A DNA stretch of 56,234 nt. Origin: an uncultured Bifidobacteriaceae bacterium. GTDB taxonomy: Bacteria > Actinomycetota > Actinomycetes > S36-B12. Positions 16,269 through 25,258 of the stretch are shown here, piece by piece. The stretch covers positions 1 through 56,234 of the forward strand of contig CAZKFI010000007.1 in the NCBI GenBank assembly GCA_964551975.1, read 5' to 3'. Position 1 is the stretch's first letter; each line of letters opens with the position of its first letter. Both the position numbers and the translations under genes were made by a program. Below the pieces are notes generated by a model that had not been told where the DNA came from, did no database searches, and saw nothing but the letters and a program-made list of their open reading frames with translations.

Positions 16269-17834
16269 TCAGTCCTGCTCATCGAGTGGGATGTGCCATC
16301 GCACGGTCGTACCCGGTGCTCCTGCCGTTGATTCGACGTCAAATCCCCCTCCCAACCCCACCGCCCGGGCTTGAAGATTTGTTAAACCCGAGGTTCGAAC
16401 CCCAGGGTCGAAGCCAACACCGTCGTCACTGACGGTGATCACCAGTTCGTGCTCGACAACACTTACCGCGACTTCAACGCGCGTTGCCTGCGCATGCTTG
16501 CCCACATTGGTGAGTGCCTCGCGAAGAGTTGCTACCGCCTGCTCGCCTATCTGCGCCGTGACCAAGGAGTCAATTGGTCCGGTGAAGCGCACCGTGGGTG
16601 CCAGACCCCACGCCTGTGCAGCCTGACTCACTTCCTGCATGACGCGCCCACGTAGGGCGATTGCCGGTCCGTCCATTGGTTCTTGTAGCGCGAAGATTGT
16701 CTGTCGGATCTCCTTGACGGTGATATCGAGCTGATCAATTGCGGTGCTGACCCGGTTGGCGGCGCCGAGCGCTGCGGCGTCATTAAGCGTTCGAAGGGAA
16801 CCCTGCAGGAGCATCCCGGTGGCAAACAGCCGCTGGATGACGAGGTCGTGGAGGTCGCGAGCAATGCGGTCACGGTCTTCGAAGACCGCAAGACGTTTCT
16901 GCTCACGCTGAATCTCTGCCAAGACCAAGGTCAATGCAGCCTGTTCGAAGAAGGGCTGTGCGAGTTCTAAATCCGATTCTTGAAAGGGTGCGGCCGCAGC
17001 GGCGCGGGTCAACCTGAGCACACCAACAGTTCGTTCACGAGCCAGCAGCGGTATCTCGATGCTATGCACCGCGGCATTGGCTTCGCCCTGATCAACCGGC
17101 CGGGCGGGGCCCCGCGTACTGGAAACGGCTATGAAACCGTGTTGATGACCTTGATGACGTTCATGACCTTCATCATGTTCATCATGTTCATCGCGCAGTA
17201 GCACCACCGCAGTGTCGGCTTCGAGCAGGGTGAATGAGTTATCGGCCAACACCTGGGCCGCCTCCCTGGCGCTACCCCCACTGAGGACGACGTTGCCCAT
17301 CTGCGTCACCATTTCCTGCCAGAGTTCCCTCCGGCGACTGCGCTCGAACATTCTTGCGTTTTCAATCGCAGCGGCGGCGGCGGCCGCGAGCGTGGTCACC
17401 GTGCGTTCATCGTCTACCGTGAACTGCGCTCCGCCCTCCTTCTGGGTCAGATACAGGTTGCCGAACACCGCTCCCCGAATGAGGACGGGGACCCCAAGAA
17501 AGGTCCTCATCGGTGGGTGCCCGGACGGAAATCCCACGGCCTGAGGGTGTCGGCTGAGATCCTCGATGCGCAGGGGTTGCGGGTCTTTGATGAGTAGACC
17601 GAGTACTCCTTGGCCGACAGGCGGATGCGGCAGTGTGGCAACTGTGGTCTCGTCCATGCCTACGTGAATGAACTGCTCGATCCCATGCGGTCCAAGGACG
17701 CCTAGTGCTGCGTATCGCGCACGGACGAGGTCAGCGGCAGACTGCACGATGCGCAGCAATGTCGCGTGCAACTCAAGACCTGCTGCAACGGAGATTACGG
17801 CGGAAAAGAGCCCCCGATCCCGCTCGTCCAGCAT
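16269..17834 (-). CDS. devS: tandem-GAF sensor histidine kinase, DevS/DosT-like (HisKA_3 + HATPase)
   Basis: GAF-A has 'GFPSGHPPMRTFLGVP' and 'FGNLYLTQK', which match the recalled DevS heme His149 and Tyr171 contexts. The H-box is 'DRDRIARDLHDLVIQRLF'. The ATPase region has 'NVGKHA' and 'DDGVGF'. Confidence 0.75.
   Translation of the reverse strand: MLDERDRGLFSAVISVAAGLELHATLLRIVQSAADLVRARYAALGVLGPHGIEQFIHVGMDETTVATLPHPPVGQGVLGLLIKDPQPLRIEDLSRHPQAVGFPSGHPPMRTFLGVPVLIRGAVFGNLYLTQKEGGAQFTVDDERTVTTLAAAAAAAIENARMFERSRRRELWQEMVTQMGNVVLSGGSAREAAQVLADNSFTLLEADTAVVLLRDEHDEHDEGHERHQGHQHGFIAVSSTRGPARPVDQGEANAAVHSIEIPLLARERTVGVLRLTRAAAAAPFQESDLELAQPFFEQAALTLVLAEIQREQKRLAVFEDRDRIARDLHDLVIQRLFATGMLLQGSLRTLNDAAALGAANRVSTAIDQLDITVKEIRQTIFALQEPMDGPAIALRGRVMQEVSQAAQAWGLAPTVRFTGPIDSLVTAQIGEQAVATLREALTNVGKHAQATRVEVAVSVVEHELVITVSDDGVGFDPGVRTSGLTNLQARAVGLGGGFDVESTAGAPGTTVRWHIPLDEQD
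17139..17195. repeat. 6 x 9-nt in-frame tandem repeat encoding a His-rich insert (HDE HDE HDE GHE RHQ GHQ H) in the kinase
   Basis: Minus strand reads GATGAACAT GATGAACAT GATGAAGGT CATGAACGT CATCAAGGT CATCAACAC. Confidence 0.85.
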
Positions 17835-17906
17835 GCCTCATCTTCACGCATCGCTACACCGGATGCCCGGTCAGAAGGTGAATTTGATCAGTGCAAGGAT
17901 CAGGCA

Positions 17907-18902
17907 GTGCCAGCACAGCAGACGACGCGTACCTGGGTTGCGCTGATCATCGTCTGGATCGTCTGGGGATCGACCTACCTTGGCATCGCAGTCACGGTAG
18001 CCACGATGCCCCCGCTGCTGAGCAATGCGTTGCGCTTCTTTGCAGCGGGGTTGATTCTCGCCACCTTCCTCACACTGGTGCGCGGTCCAGGAGCACTTCG
18101 TATCACGCGCACGCAGTTGGCTTACTCAGCACTGATGGGATGCGCACTGCTCGGCGTGGGTATTGGCACGCTCGCTCTAGCTGAGCGGTACCTGCCATCC
18201 GGTATCGCTGCGCTGATCATCGCCATCATGCCGCTGTGGATCGTCATTTTGCGCGCGAGCTCAGGTGATCGTCCCTCCCGGCTGACCCTGCTTGGGGTGG
18301 CGATCGGCATGGGTGGCCTCGCGCTGATGATGCTGCCGGGCGGTACGACTCCGGTGACCGGGACCGCGCAGGATCTGCTCATCTGGTCTCTGGCGATGGT
18401 TGCATCCAGCTTTTGCTGGGCGTTCTTCTCCTGGCGTTCTGTGCGGTTTCCGCTACCCAAAGATGCCCTGGTCACCACCACCTACGAACTCCTCGCAGCA
18501 GGTTTCATGCTGCTCGGCGTCGGTGCTATCACCGGGGAGCAATTGGACCTGACCGCAGCGAGCCTGCCCTCGTTGGCTGGTTGGTCGTGGCTCGTCCTCG
18601 CCTCAGTGGTGGCCTACACCTGCTACAGCTGGCTGATCGCCCACGCGCCGCTCTCACTGGTATCGACCTACGCCTACGTGAACCCTGGGGTGGCCGTACT
18701 GCTCGGCTGGCTCATCCTGCGTGAGCCGATTACCTCAGACGTCGTGCTCGGCCTGACGTTGGTCCTTTCCGGTGTCATCCTCGTAACGCAAGGTGAGCGT
18801 GCCCGGCCAGGAAATCCGCAGCCACCGCCAGTAGCCGATCGTTCGACTCCGTCTCCACAATCGACACTCGAACACCCTCACCCGGGAAAGGCCTTACCGT
18901 GA
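17907..18902 (+). CDS. EamA/DMT-family transporter
   Basis: About 10 TM segments with 'WGSTYLGIAV' and a duplicated EamA-like architecture. GTG 17907 is the first plausible start, because the track ATG at 17766 would overlap the divergent kinase gene. The 3' tail overlaps the convergent aminotransferase gene. Confidence 0.65.
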   Translation: MPAQQTTRTWVALIIVWIVWGSTYLGIAVTVATMPPLLSNALRFFAAGLILATFLTLVRGPGALRITRTQLAYSALMGCALLGVGIGTLALAERYLPSGIAALIIAIMPLWIVILRASSGDRPSRLTLLGVAIGMGGLALMMLPGGTTPVTGTAQDLLIWSLAMVASSFCWAFFSWRSVRFPLPKDALVTTTYELLAAGFMLLGVGAITGEQLDLTAASLPSLAGWSWLVLASVVAYTCYSWLIAHAPLSLVSTYAYVNPGVAVLLGWLILREPITSDVVLGLTLVLSGVILVTQGERARPGNPQPPPVADRSTPSPQSTLEHPHPGKALP

Positions 18903-19884
18903 TCCCCGCAGCCTCACAGGCCTGAGCGAACGGCACCGACAGTTCTCCGAGTCGAAACCAGATGAAGTTCGCCTGCGTTGCGTGTAGCGGCCACCCTTGA
19001 TTGACCAGTGCCTGCCAGATGCGTTCACGTTCAGTCGCTAGCGCTTGAACGCGTGCGAAGAGTTCCCCTTCACGTTCCAGCGAAGCTAGCGCAGCCTCCT
19101 CAGCGATACTCGAGACTCCGAAGGGTAAAGCGAACTTGCGCATTGCCTCAATAACAGCGGGGGCGGCAACGCTGAACCCCACACGAAGGCCAGCCAGCCC
19201 GTACGCCTTGGAGAACGTTCGCAAGACCACCACATTGGCGCGTTGCTTGGCAATGTCGATGCCGTCAGGGATGGCCGGATCAGTCACGAATTCCCGGTAC
19301 GCCTCGTCGATCACCACGATGACGTCTTCGGGCACCTGATCGAGGAGCCAGTCCATCTCCAGCGCCGTGATCGCTTGACCTGTTGGGTTGTTGGGTGTGC
19401 AGCAGAAGATCACCCGCGTTCGGTCGGTGACCGCTGCTGCCATCGCCTCGACATCGTGGCTCTCGTCGGCCCGCAGGGGAACCTGCACACTCACCGCGTG
19501 GGACATCCGGGTCCAAATGGGATACGACTCAAAACTGCGCCAGGCATAGATGACTTCATCACCAGGATGAGTCGCGGCCTGGATGATCTGACCGCACAGC
19601 GCAACACTGCCGGTCCCTAAGCCGATGCGATCAGGGGGCAGGTCGAATTTCAAAGCCAGCGCCTCGACCAGCCTGGTGGAGAACGGATCTGGATAGCGCT
19701 GCATGGTCGCAGCCGAGGAGGCGATGGCTTCGAGGACGCCAGGCAGCGGGGGGTACGGGTTCTCGTTGCTCGACGCCTTGTAGACGACGATGTCCTCGCG
19801 CGGGATCGGCCGTTGCCCCGCCTTGTAACTGGGGATCAGATCAAGGTCGGAGCGCAAACGCGGTAGGCCGGAAGTTGATGCCAC
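18775..19884 (-). CDS. histidinol-phosphate / aromatic aminotransferase (class II, HisC family)
   Basis: 'SSNENPYPP', 'NPNNPTG'-type segment 'TPNNPTGQ', 'RTFSKAYGLAGLRVG' (PLP Lys) and 'VRVSI'. GTG start at 19884. Confidence 0.8.
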   Translation of the reverse strand: MASTSGLPRLRSDLDLIPSYKAGQRPIPREDIVVYKASSNENPYPPLPGVLEAIASSAATMQRYPDPFSTRLVEALALKFDLPPDRIGLGTGSVALCGQIIQAATHPGDEVIYAWRSFESYPIWTRMSHAVSVQVPLRADESHDVEAMAAAVTDRTRVIFCCTPNNPTGQAITALEMDWLLDQVPEDVIVVIDEAYREFVTDPAIPDGIDIAKQRANVVVLRTFSKAYGLAGLRVGFSVAAPAVIEAMRKFALPFGVSSIAEEAALASLEREGELFARVQALATERERIWQALVNQGWPLHATQANFIWFRLGELSVPFAQACEAAGITVRPFPGEGVRVSIVETESNDRLLAVAADFLAGHAHLALRG

Positions 19885-19908
19885 CGGGCCAGGCTACGTC
19901 GTCACGGA

Positions 19909-19938
19909 TAACCCTGCCCCTCTTAACCCTGCCCCTCT
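19909..19938. repeat. perfect 2 x 15-bp tandem duplication TAACCCTGCCCCTCT
   Basis: Read directly. It lies 25-54 nt upstream of the HisC-family start. The minus (sense) strand carries G-tracts GGGG/GGG. Confidence 0.9.
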
Positions 19939-20071
19939 CAGTTATCGCCCTCCCCTGACTGAGGCCCTCATGCCACACAACTGTCACAAGTGATACATCT
20001 AATAAACACAGGTCACACCCCCCTGTGTGACGTGGGCGTGAGCATTCCGTCAGGGATGCCATGATGGGAGC

Positions 20072-21346
20072 ATGATCAAACGCCCCCTTGCTGCGGCACT
20101 TGCTGCCCTGTCCCTCTCCGGTGCCCTCATCGCATCACTAGTGACTGCGTCGCCGGCATCGGCCCGACCAATGAAGCCCGGGGATCCAGTCCCCAGTGGC
20201 ACTGTCATCCCGTCGGCCATGTTCGGCCAGCACGTGATGAACCTTGAGTACGGCAACTGGCCGACTATCCCCATCGGTTCCGTTCGACTCTGGGATAACC
20301 AGACGAGCTGGAGCAGTATCGAGAAGTCGCAAGGAAACTTCGACTGGACCAATCTCGATACCGCAGTTGCCACCGCCCAGAAGAACGGCGTGAACGACTT
20401 CCTGATGGTGCTCGCCGGCACTCCCACCTGGGCGACCGATGATCCGTCCGCCGGTGGAGTGGCTGGAGTCCTTCCCGGCGCTGCAGGCATGCCGCGCGAC
20501 TTCAGTTGGTGGGACAACTGGGTGACGCAGGTGGCGACCCGCTACAAGGGCAAGATCAACAACTACCAGGTCTGGAATGAAGCCAACCTGAGCACCTTCT
20601 CCACTGGAAGCCCGGAGGAGATGGCTGATCTCACCGAGCGCGCCTACCGGATCATCAAGCGAATCGATCCCAGTGCAACCGTCGTAGCGCCGAGCACCGG
20701 CACACGCCTCGGTGGGCCATTCAAGAAGTTCTATGAGCCGTACCTGAGGGCGTTGAAGGCCCGCGGCTGGCCGATTGACGTGTTTGCCGCACACACCTAC
20801 CCGAGCGCGCTCGGGCAGACCAAGGATCGCGCCAAGCTCGCCAACGATTACACCAAGATGTTGCGCTCAGTGGGTGCGCCAGACAAGCCGATCTGGGATA
20901 CCGAGAACAACTTCGGCCTAGCCGGGCCGGGCTCTGCCAACCCCGAGCAGGACATCGAGGGCCTGACGGCTGCCGACTGGGTTGCCGAGACCTACCTTGA
21001 TGCCCTTCGCCTCGGATTCAGCCGGGTCTACTGGTACCGCTGGACCACTGGGTACGACGACATGTGGGGTATCCAGATGTACAACGGCACCCCAGGAGCT
21101 ATCGCATTCAAGACCCTCGAGGACTGGATCGTTGGCGCCACCTACAAGGGCTGCTCCAGCAAGAAGGATGCAGTGACCTGCAACTTCTCTAAGAACGGTG
21201 CCAACTTCCGGGTGGTCTACTCCGCGACCAATAGCCCCAAGTCGTTCCCGGTCAGCGGGGCAGCGCAGGTCTGCAAGTTGGACGGCACCTGCTCGGCGCC
21301 TTCGGGTGGAACCGTCTCAACAACCGGGCCGATCAAGCTCGGATAG
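20072..21346 (+). CDS. secreted glycoside hydrolase, clan GH-A TIM-barrel (GH39/GH5-like)
   Basis: Sec signal 'MIKRPLAAALAALSLSGALIASLVTASPASA'. 'YQVWNEANL' is a candidate acid/base Asn-Glu and 'IWDTENNF' a candidate nucleophile Glu. The GH family is not resolved. Confidence 0.6.
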   Translation: MIKRPLAAALAALSLSGALIASLVTASPASARPMKPGDPVPSGTVIPSAMFGQHVMNLEYGNWPTIPIGSVRLWDNQTSWSSIEKSQGNFDWTNLDTAVATAQKNGVNDFLMVLAGTPTWATDDPSAGGVAGVLPGAAGMPRDFSWWDNWVTQVATRYKGKINNYQVWNEANLSTFSTGSPEEMADLTERAYRIIKRIDPSATVVAPSTGTRLGGPFKKFYEPYLRALKARGWPIDVFAAHTYPSALGQTKDRAKLANDYTKMLRSVGAPDKPIWDTENNFGLAGPGSANPEQDIEGLTAADWVAETYLDALRLGFSRVYWYRWTTGYDDMWGIQMYNGTPGAIAFKTLEDWIVGATYKGCSSKKDAVTCNFSKNGANFRVVYSATNSPKSFPVSGAAQVCKLDGTCSAPSGGTVSTTGPIKLG

Positions 21347-21386
21347 ATGATTCACTGAGGTCCCCACAAGGGACACGATCAACTAG

Positions 21387-21425
21387 CGGTGAGGGGCTGC
21401 GGGAATTTCCCGCAGCCCCTCACCG
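21387..21425 (+). terminator. intrinsic terminator, possibly bidirectional
   Basis: Perfect 17-bp stem CGGTGAGGGGCTGCGGG / CCCGCAGCCCCTCACCG with loop AATTT, followed by TATTCGTTT. It sits between convergent genes. Confidence 0.8.
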
Positions 21426-21468
21426 TATTCGTTTCCTGCCTACACCAGCGATGTGCAGGCACGACTTT

Positions 21469-22836
21469 CTAGTGCGTCGTAATGCGCGTGACAGCCTCGG
21501 CGAACAAGGCTGAGTGCAGGTCAGCATCTGCCCTTGTCGTGACCGGACACATCAATGCCATGTTGTGAAATGGCGTCATCAGGACACCTCGGTTCGCCAT
21601 AAACAGATGCAGGTACTCATCGAGTTCGTCATCACCGGCCAATGCCGATTCACTGCCTGTCCGTGGAGTCGGCTGAGTGAAGCGGTATTCCGTGCGGGCC
21701 CCTAGCTGTGCCGCCGACCAGGGAACACCAGTGCTCGCAAGTACCGCTTCGACCCCCTGATGGAAGTGCGTAGCGACATCGATCATGTGGGTGAACGCGG
21801 CGTCGGTGAGTACCTGCTCCAAGGTTGCGCGCATGGCAGCCGTTGACAACACGTTGCCCGCAAGCGTGCCGCCCACCCCGCCAACATCGACCAAATCCGC
21901 ATCACGAAACGCCTGAACACGATCTGCCAACTCGTGCGTCAGGCCGTACGCACCTGACGGAATCCCGCCACCGATGCTCTTGCCAATGACGAACAGGTCT
22001 GGACGCAGGTCCCAGGCACGCGTGCAGCCCCCGGGCCCAGCCGAGATTGTGTGGGTTTCGTCAATGATGAGTAGCGCGCCGTACTCGTCACATAACCGAC
22101 GGACACCTTCGAGGAAACCCGCTTCCGGTAGGACAATGCCGATGTTGGTTAAGGCGGGTTCAGTGATGACTGCCGCGACATCTCCGTGTCGTAAGGCTCG
22201 CTCAACGGATTCCAAGTCGTTGAACTCTGCCACACGAGTGGTCTCGGCGATGTCGATCGGTGGGCCGACATTCCCGCCACGTGGAACCGAGGATCCTCCG
22301 GGGCCAGTGACGACAAAGGTCTCATCAACCGATCCGTGATAGCAGTACGAGAACGCCAGAACCTTGGACCTGCCGGTGACCAGTCGGGCGATGCGCAGCG
22401 CCCAACGGTTGGCGTCGGTCGCTGTGAGACTGAACGACCACAGAGGCAACCCGAATCGGCGGGTCAGGTCCGCAGCTACCCACTCGGCATCCTCGCTCGG
22501 CATCATCGTTGTGATACCGCCGGCCTCCTCGATTCGCCGGCGAACGGCCGCCACAGTGGCAGCAGGCGAATGACCTGCCATTGCACCCGTGTCACCGAGT
22601 GCGAAATCGACATACTCGTGACCGTCGATGTCGATAATCCGATTACCGTGCGCCTGGTCCAGATAGAGCGGGAATCCCCCGGACCACTTGTTCATCCACG
22701 TCATCGGCACACGACCGAAGAGGTGGTCGGCAGCCTGATAGGCCGCCGCGGACCGTGGGTTGCGTGCCCGGTAGGTATTCCGCTCCTCCTGCAGGGCCAC
22801 CTGCAGGTGCGCACGGTTCACAACATCGTCAGTCAC
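21469..22836 (-). CDS. class-III (GSA-aminomutase-like) PLP-dependent aminotransferase
   Basis: 455 aa with 'DFALGDTGAMAGHSP', 'LTATDANRWALRIAR', 'IIDETHT' and 'VIGKSIGGGIP' (PLP Lys context). Confidence 0.75.
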   Translation of the reverse strand: MTDDVVNRAHLQVALQEERNTYRARNPRSAAAYQAADHLFGRVPMTWMNKWSGGFPLYLDQAHGNRIIDIDGHEYVDFALGDTGAMAGHSPAATVAAVRRRIEEAGGITTMMPSEDAEWVAADLTRRFGLPLWSFSLTATDANRWALRIARLVTGRSKVLAFSYCYHGSVDETFVVTGPGGSSVPRGGNVGPPIDIAETTRVAEFNDLESVERALRHGDVAAVITEPALTNIGIVLPEAGFLEGVRRLCDEYGALLIIDETHTISAGPGGCTRAWDLRPDLFVIGKSIGGGIPSGAYGLTHELADRVQAFRDADLVDVGGVGGTLAGNVLSTAAMRATLEQVLTDAAFTHMIDVATHFHQGVEAVLASTGVPWSAAQLGARTEYRFTQPTPRTGSESALAGDDELDEYLHLFMANRGVLMTPFHNMALMCPVTTRADADLHSALFAEAVTRITTH

Positions 22837-22871
22837 ACAGACTCCTTTCCTGTGGATGGCAGGCTAGCGTG

Positions 22872-23441
22872 ATGAATTCCATCTCCCCATCGAACAGCGG
22901 ACAGGACTTCGAGCGCCTCACGCTCGGAGCCGCCGCTCTACGACCAAACCCTCGAATCCTCGTCTACGGGACCTTGATCCAACTCGTCGCACTGGTCCTT
23001 GCCAGCGACTCCGTAACCGCTGCGTTGGTGAGCGACCAACGTATGAACTTCGCAGCCTGGTGGGACATCACCTTGATCGCAGTGTTCCCGCTTGTTGCCG
23101 TCGCAGTCGCACACGGCTTCTCTGAGGCTCTTGACCTTCAAGTTCGTGAGCGTCGCAGACTCACCTGGAGTGATCGGTCGGACATTGCACTAGCAAATGT
23201 GCAATTTCTCTACATCGCAATCTTTCCGAGTCTGCTGCTGCTCCCGGGGCTCGTGCAACGCTGGCTGGTCACGGACGCGTTGGATCTCCTGCTGGCCTGC
23301 GGCGTGCTGTCACTATTTGGCTGGGGAATCTTGGTTGCCCGCACCGCTGGTATGACTATCCCGCGTCAACTGTGGTACGGCCTGAGTTATCTCGTTCTTG
23401 GTCTCGGTGTCGTTGCCCTCGAGATCTTCGCTATGCACTAA
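22872..23441 (+). CDS. hypothetical polytopic membrane protein
   Basis: About 190 aa with 5-6 hydrophobic segments. ATG 22872 lies just past the divergent aminotransferase start. No family recognised. Confidence 0.5.
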   Translation: MNSISPSNSGQDFERLTLGAAALRPNPRILVYGTLIQLVALVLASDSVTAALVSDQRMNFAAWWDITLIAVFPLVAVAVAHGFSEALDLQVRERRRLTWSDRSDIALANVQFLYIAIFPSLLLLPGLVQRWLVTDALDLLLACGVLSLFGWGILVARTAGMTIPRQLWYGLSYLVLGLGVVALEIFAMH

Positions 23442-23557
23442 CCGAGCAAGACACTCTCGGGCATCCCAGTCCAAGCGCGAGTCGTTTGGTGAGGTCGATC
23501 AGACGCTGGACAATCTGTCCGACACCGCTTGGCTGATCACAGGTGCTCCCCTGCAAC

Positions 23558-24916
23558 TCAGGTTTGAGCCATGTCAACGAATCGGCTGTAGTGACCCTGG
23601 AAGGCAACTTTCACCACGCTCGTGGGCCCATTGCGGTGCTTAGCCACGATGAAATCTGCCTCGCCTAAGCGCGGCGAGTCACGGTCATAGGCATCCTCGC
23701 GGTGCAACAGGATCACCATGTCCGCGTCCTGCTCCAACGATCCAGACTCACGAAGATCGGCAAGCATCGGACGCTTGTCCTGCCGCTGCTCAGGGCCGCG
23801 ATTCAACTGGCTAATGGCGACCACGGGAACCTCGAGTTCCTTTGCCAGGAGTTTTAGCGAGCGGGAGAACTCGGAAACCTCCTGCTGGCGACTCTCCACC
23901 CGCTTCCCGCTGGTCATCAGCTGCAGGTAGTCCACTACAACGAGGCGCAGGTCGTGGCGCTGCTTTAGGCGACGGCACTTGGCACGGATTTCCATCAGGG
24001 TCATGTTCGGTGAGTCATCGATAAACAGTGGTGCTTCGCTGACCACGCCCATCTTGGTTGCCAGTCGCGTCCAGTCCGCATCACTCATCGTTCCCGAACG
24101 CATGTTGTGCAGGGGAACCTGGGCCTCCGCGGACAGCAAGCGCATGACGATCTCATTGCGGCTCATTTCCAGTGAGAAGATCACACTGGTCAAGCCGTGA
24201 CGGATCGCCGCAGAACGACAAAAGTCAACACCGAGCGTGGACTTACCTAAGGATGGCCGGGCTGCCACGATGATGAGTTGGCCGGGATGTAGACCATTGG
24301 TCAGTGAATCGAGGTCAACAAAACCGGTGGGTACGCCCACCATCTCGCCACCACGATTGGCGATGGCCTCGATCTCGTTGAGGGTGCCGCCCATGATGTC
24401 GCGTAGTGGTTGGTAGTCCTCGCTCAGGCGTCGCTCGGTGACCTCGTAGACCTCGGCCTGGGCACGATCAACGGTGTCGTCAATATCCCCGGTACCGGCG
24501 TAGCCCATTTGGGTGATGCGGGTACCGGCCTCCACGAGACGTCGCAGGATGGCCTGCTCTCGGACAATCCGGCCGTAGTAGTTGGCATTGGCCGCGGTTG
24601 GCACCATGGAGACCAGGGTGTGCAGGTAGGTCGTTCCCCCGATGCGCCCGATCTCCCCGGCTTTGGTCAACTCGGCTGCAACAGTGACCGCGTCTGCGGG
24701 TTCACCTCGTGAGTACAGGTCAATCACCGCGTCAAAAATGGTCTCGTGCGCCGGGCGGTAAAAATCCTGCCCGCGCAGGGTTTCGACGACGTCCGCGATG
24801 GCGTCTTTACTCAGCAGCATGGCCCCAAGGACAGACTGCTCAGCAGCGATGTCATTAGGTGGCACTCGGTCAAACCCAGGCTGGTTATTGGGCAGGGGTA
24901 GTTCGGTGACGCTCAC
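23558..24916 (-). CDS. dnaB: replicative DNA helicase DnaB (no intein)
   Basis: 'PPNDIAAEQSVLGAML', Walker A 'ARPSLGKSTLG', 'VVDYLQLM' and 'ISQLNRGPEQR'. GTG at 24916 is preceded by GAAGGAGG at 5 nt, so the track start at 25084 was rejected. Confidence 0.9.
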   Translation of the reverse strand: MSVTELPLPNNQPGFDRVPPNDIAAEQSVLGAMLLSKDAIADVVETLRGQDFYRPAHETIFDAVIDLYSRGEPADAVTVAAELTKAGEIGRIGGTTYLHTLVSMVPTAANANYYGRIVREQAILRRLVEAGTRITQMGYAGTGDIDDTVDRAQAEVYEVTERRLSEDYQPLRDIMGGTLNEIEAIANRGGEMVGVPTGFVDLDSLTNGLHPGQLIIVAARPSLGKSTLGVDFCRSAAIRHGLTSVIFSLEMSRNEIVMRLLSAEAQVPLHNMRSGTMSDADWTRLATKMGVVSEAPLFIDDSPNMTLMEIRAKCRRLKQRHDLRLVVVDYLQLMTSGKRVESRQQEVSEFSRSLKLLAKELEVPVVAISQLNRGPEQRQDKRPMLADLRESGSLEQDADMVILLHREDAYDRDSPRLGEADFIVAKHRNGPTSVVKVAFQGHYSRFVDMAQT

Positions 24917-25258
24917 AACCCCTCCTTCACCCACGTTGGCCTGTGACCGTTGTACCGGCAACCACTGACATTGCCTCGGCGCAGACCTCGACGCACAACG
25001 CTCCGGTACGCCTGACGTTAGAGGTTGGCCCGTGCAACGTCCATCACCGTTGTGTATGAGACTTGGGACAGACTGTGTATGCATCCCTCGCTCCGGTGGA
25101 CGACCTGTGGAAGATGCCGCCGACCCTGGGGATGACTACCTGATTTCCTGTCGGAAGTGGACACCGATACCGCGTAGCGCCGGGCATTTCACCACCCACA
25201 GCCTGTGGAGGAAAGATTCCTCAGCGACGTTCTGGGTGCCAGTTACCCTGAGTCCCTC

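Noticed and set aside
21355-21380. DosR-box-like element GGTCCCC-ACAA-GGGACA downstream of the glycoside hydrolase gene
   Set aside because: The half-sites are in the opposite arrangement to the recalled DosR consensus (GGGACT..AGTCCC). It sits in a 3' region next to a terminator rather than in a promoter.
23558-24916. Intein in DnaB, as in M. tuberculosis
   Set aside because: The protein is about 452 aa with contiguous helicase motifs (Walker A through 'ISQLNRG'). No insertion is visible.
24917-25084. N-terminal extensions of ORF-track entries: dnaB to 25084, DUF805 to 27307, E2 to 13513, cwlM to 51147, sigM to 47897, anti-sigma to 48513, the Alr-like gene to 32663, Ldt to 9376, EamA to 17766, DUF6049 to 42416, nitrilase to 11288
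   Set aside because: The extensions overlap neighbouring genes or encode low-complexity sequence. Internal starts with good SD sequences (for example GAAGGAGG before dnaB GTG 24916) or start/stop overlaps give proteins of canonical length.
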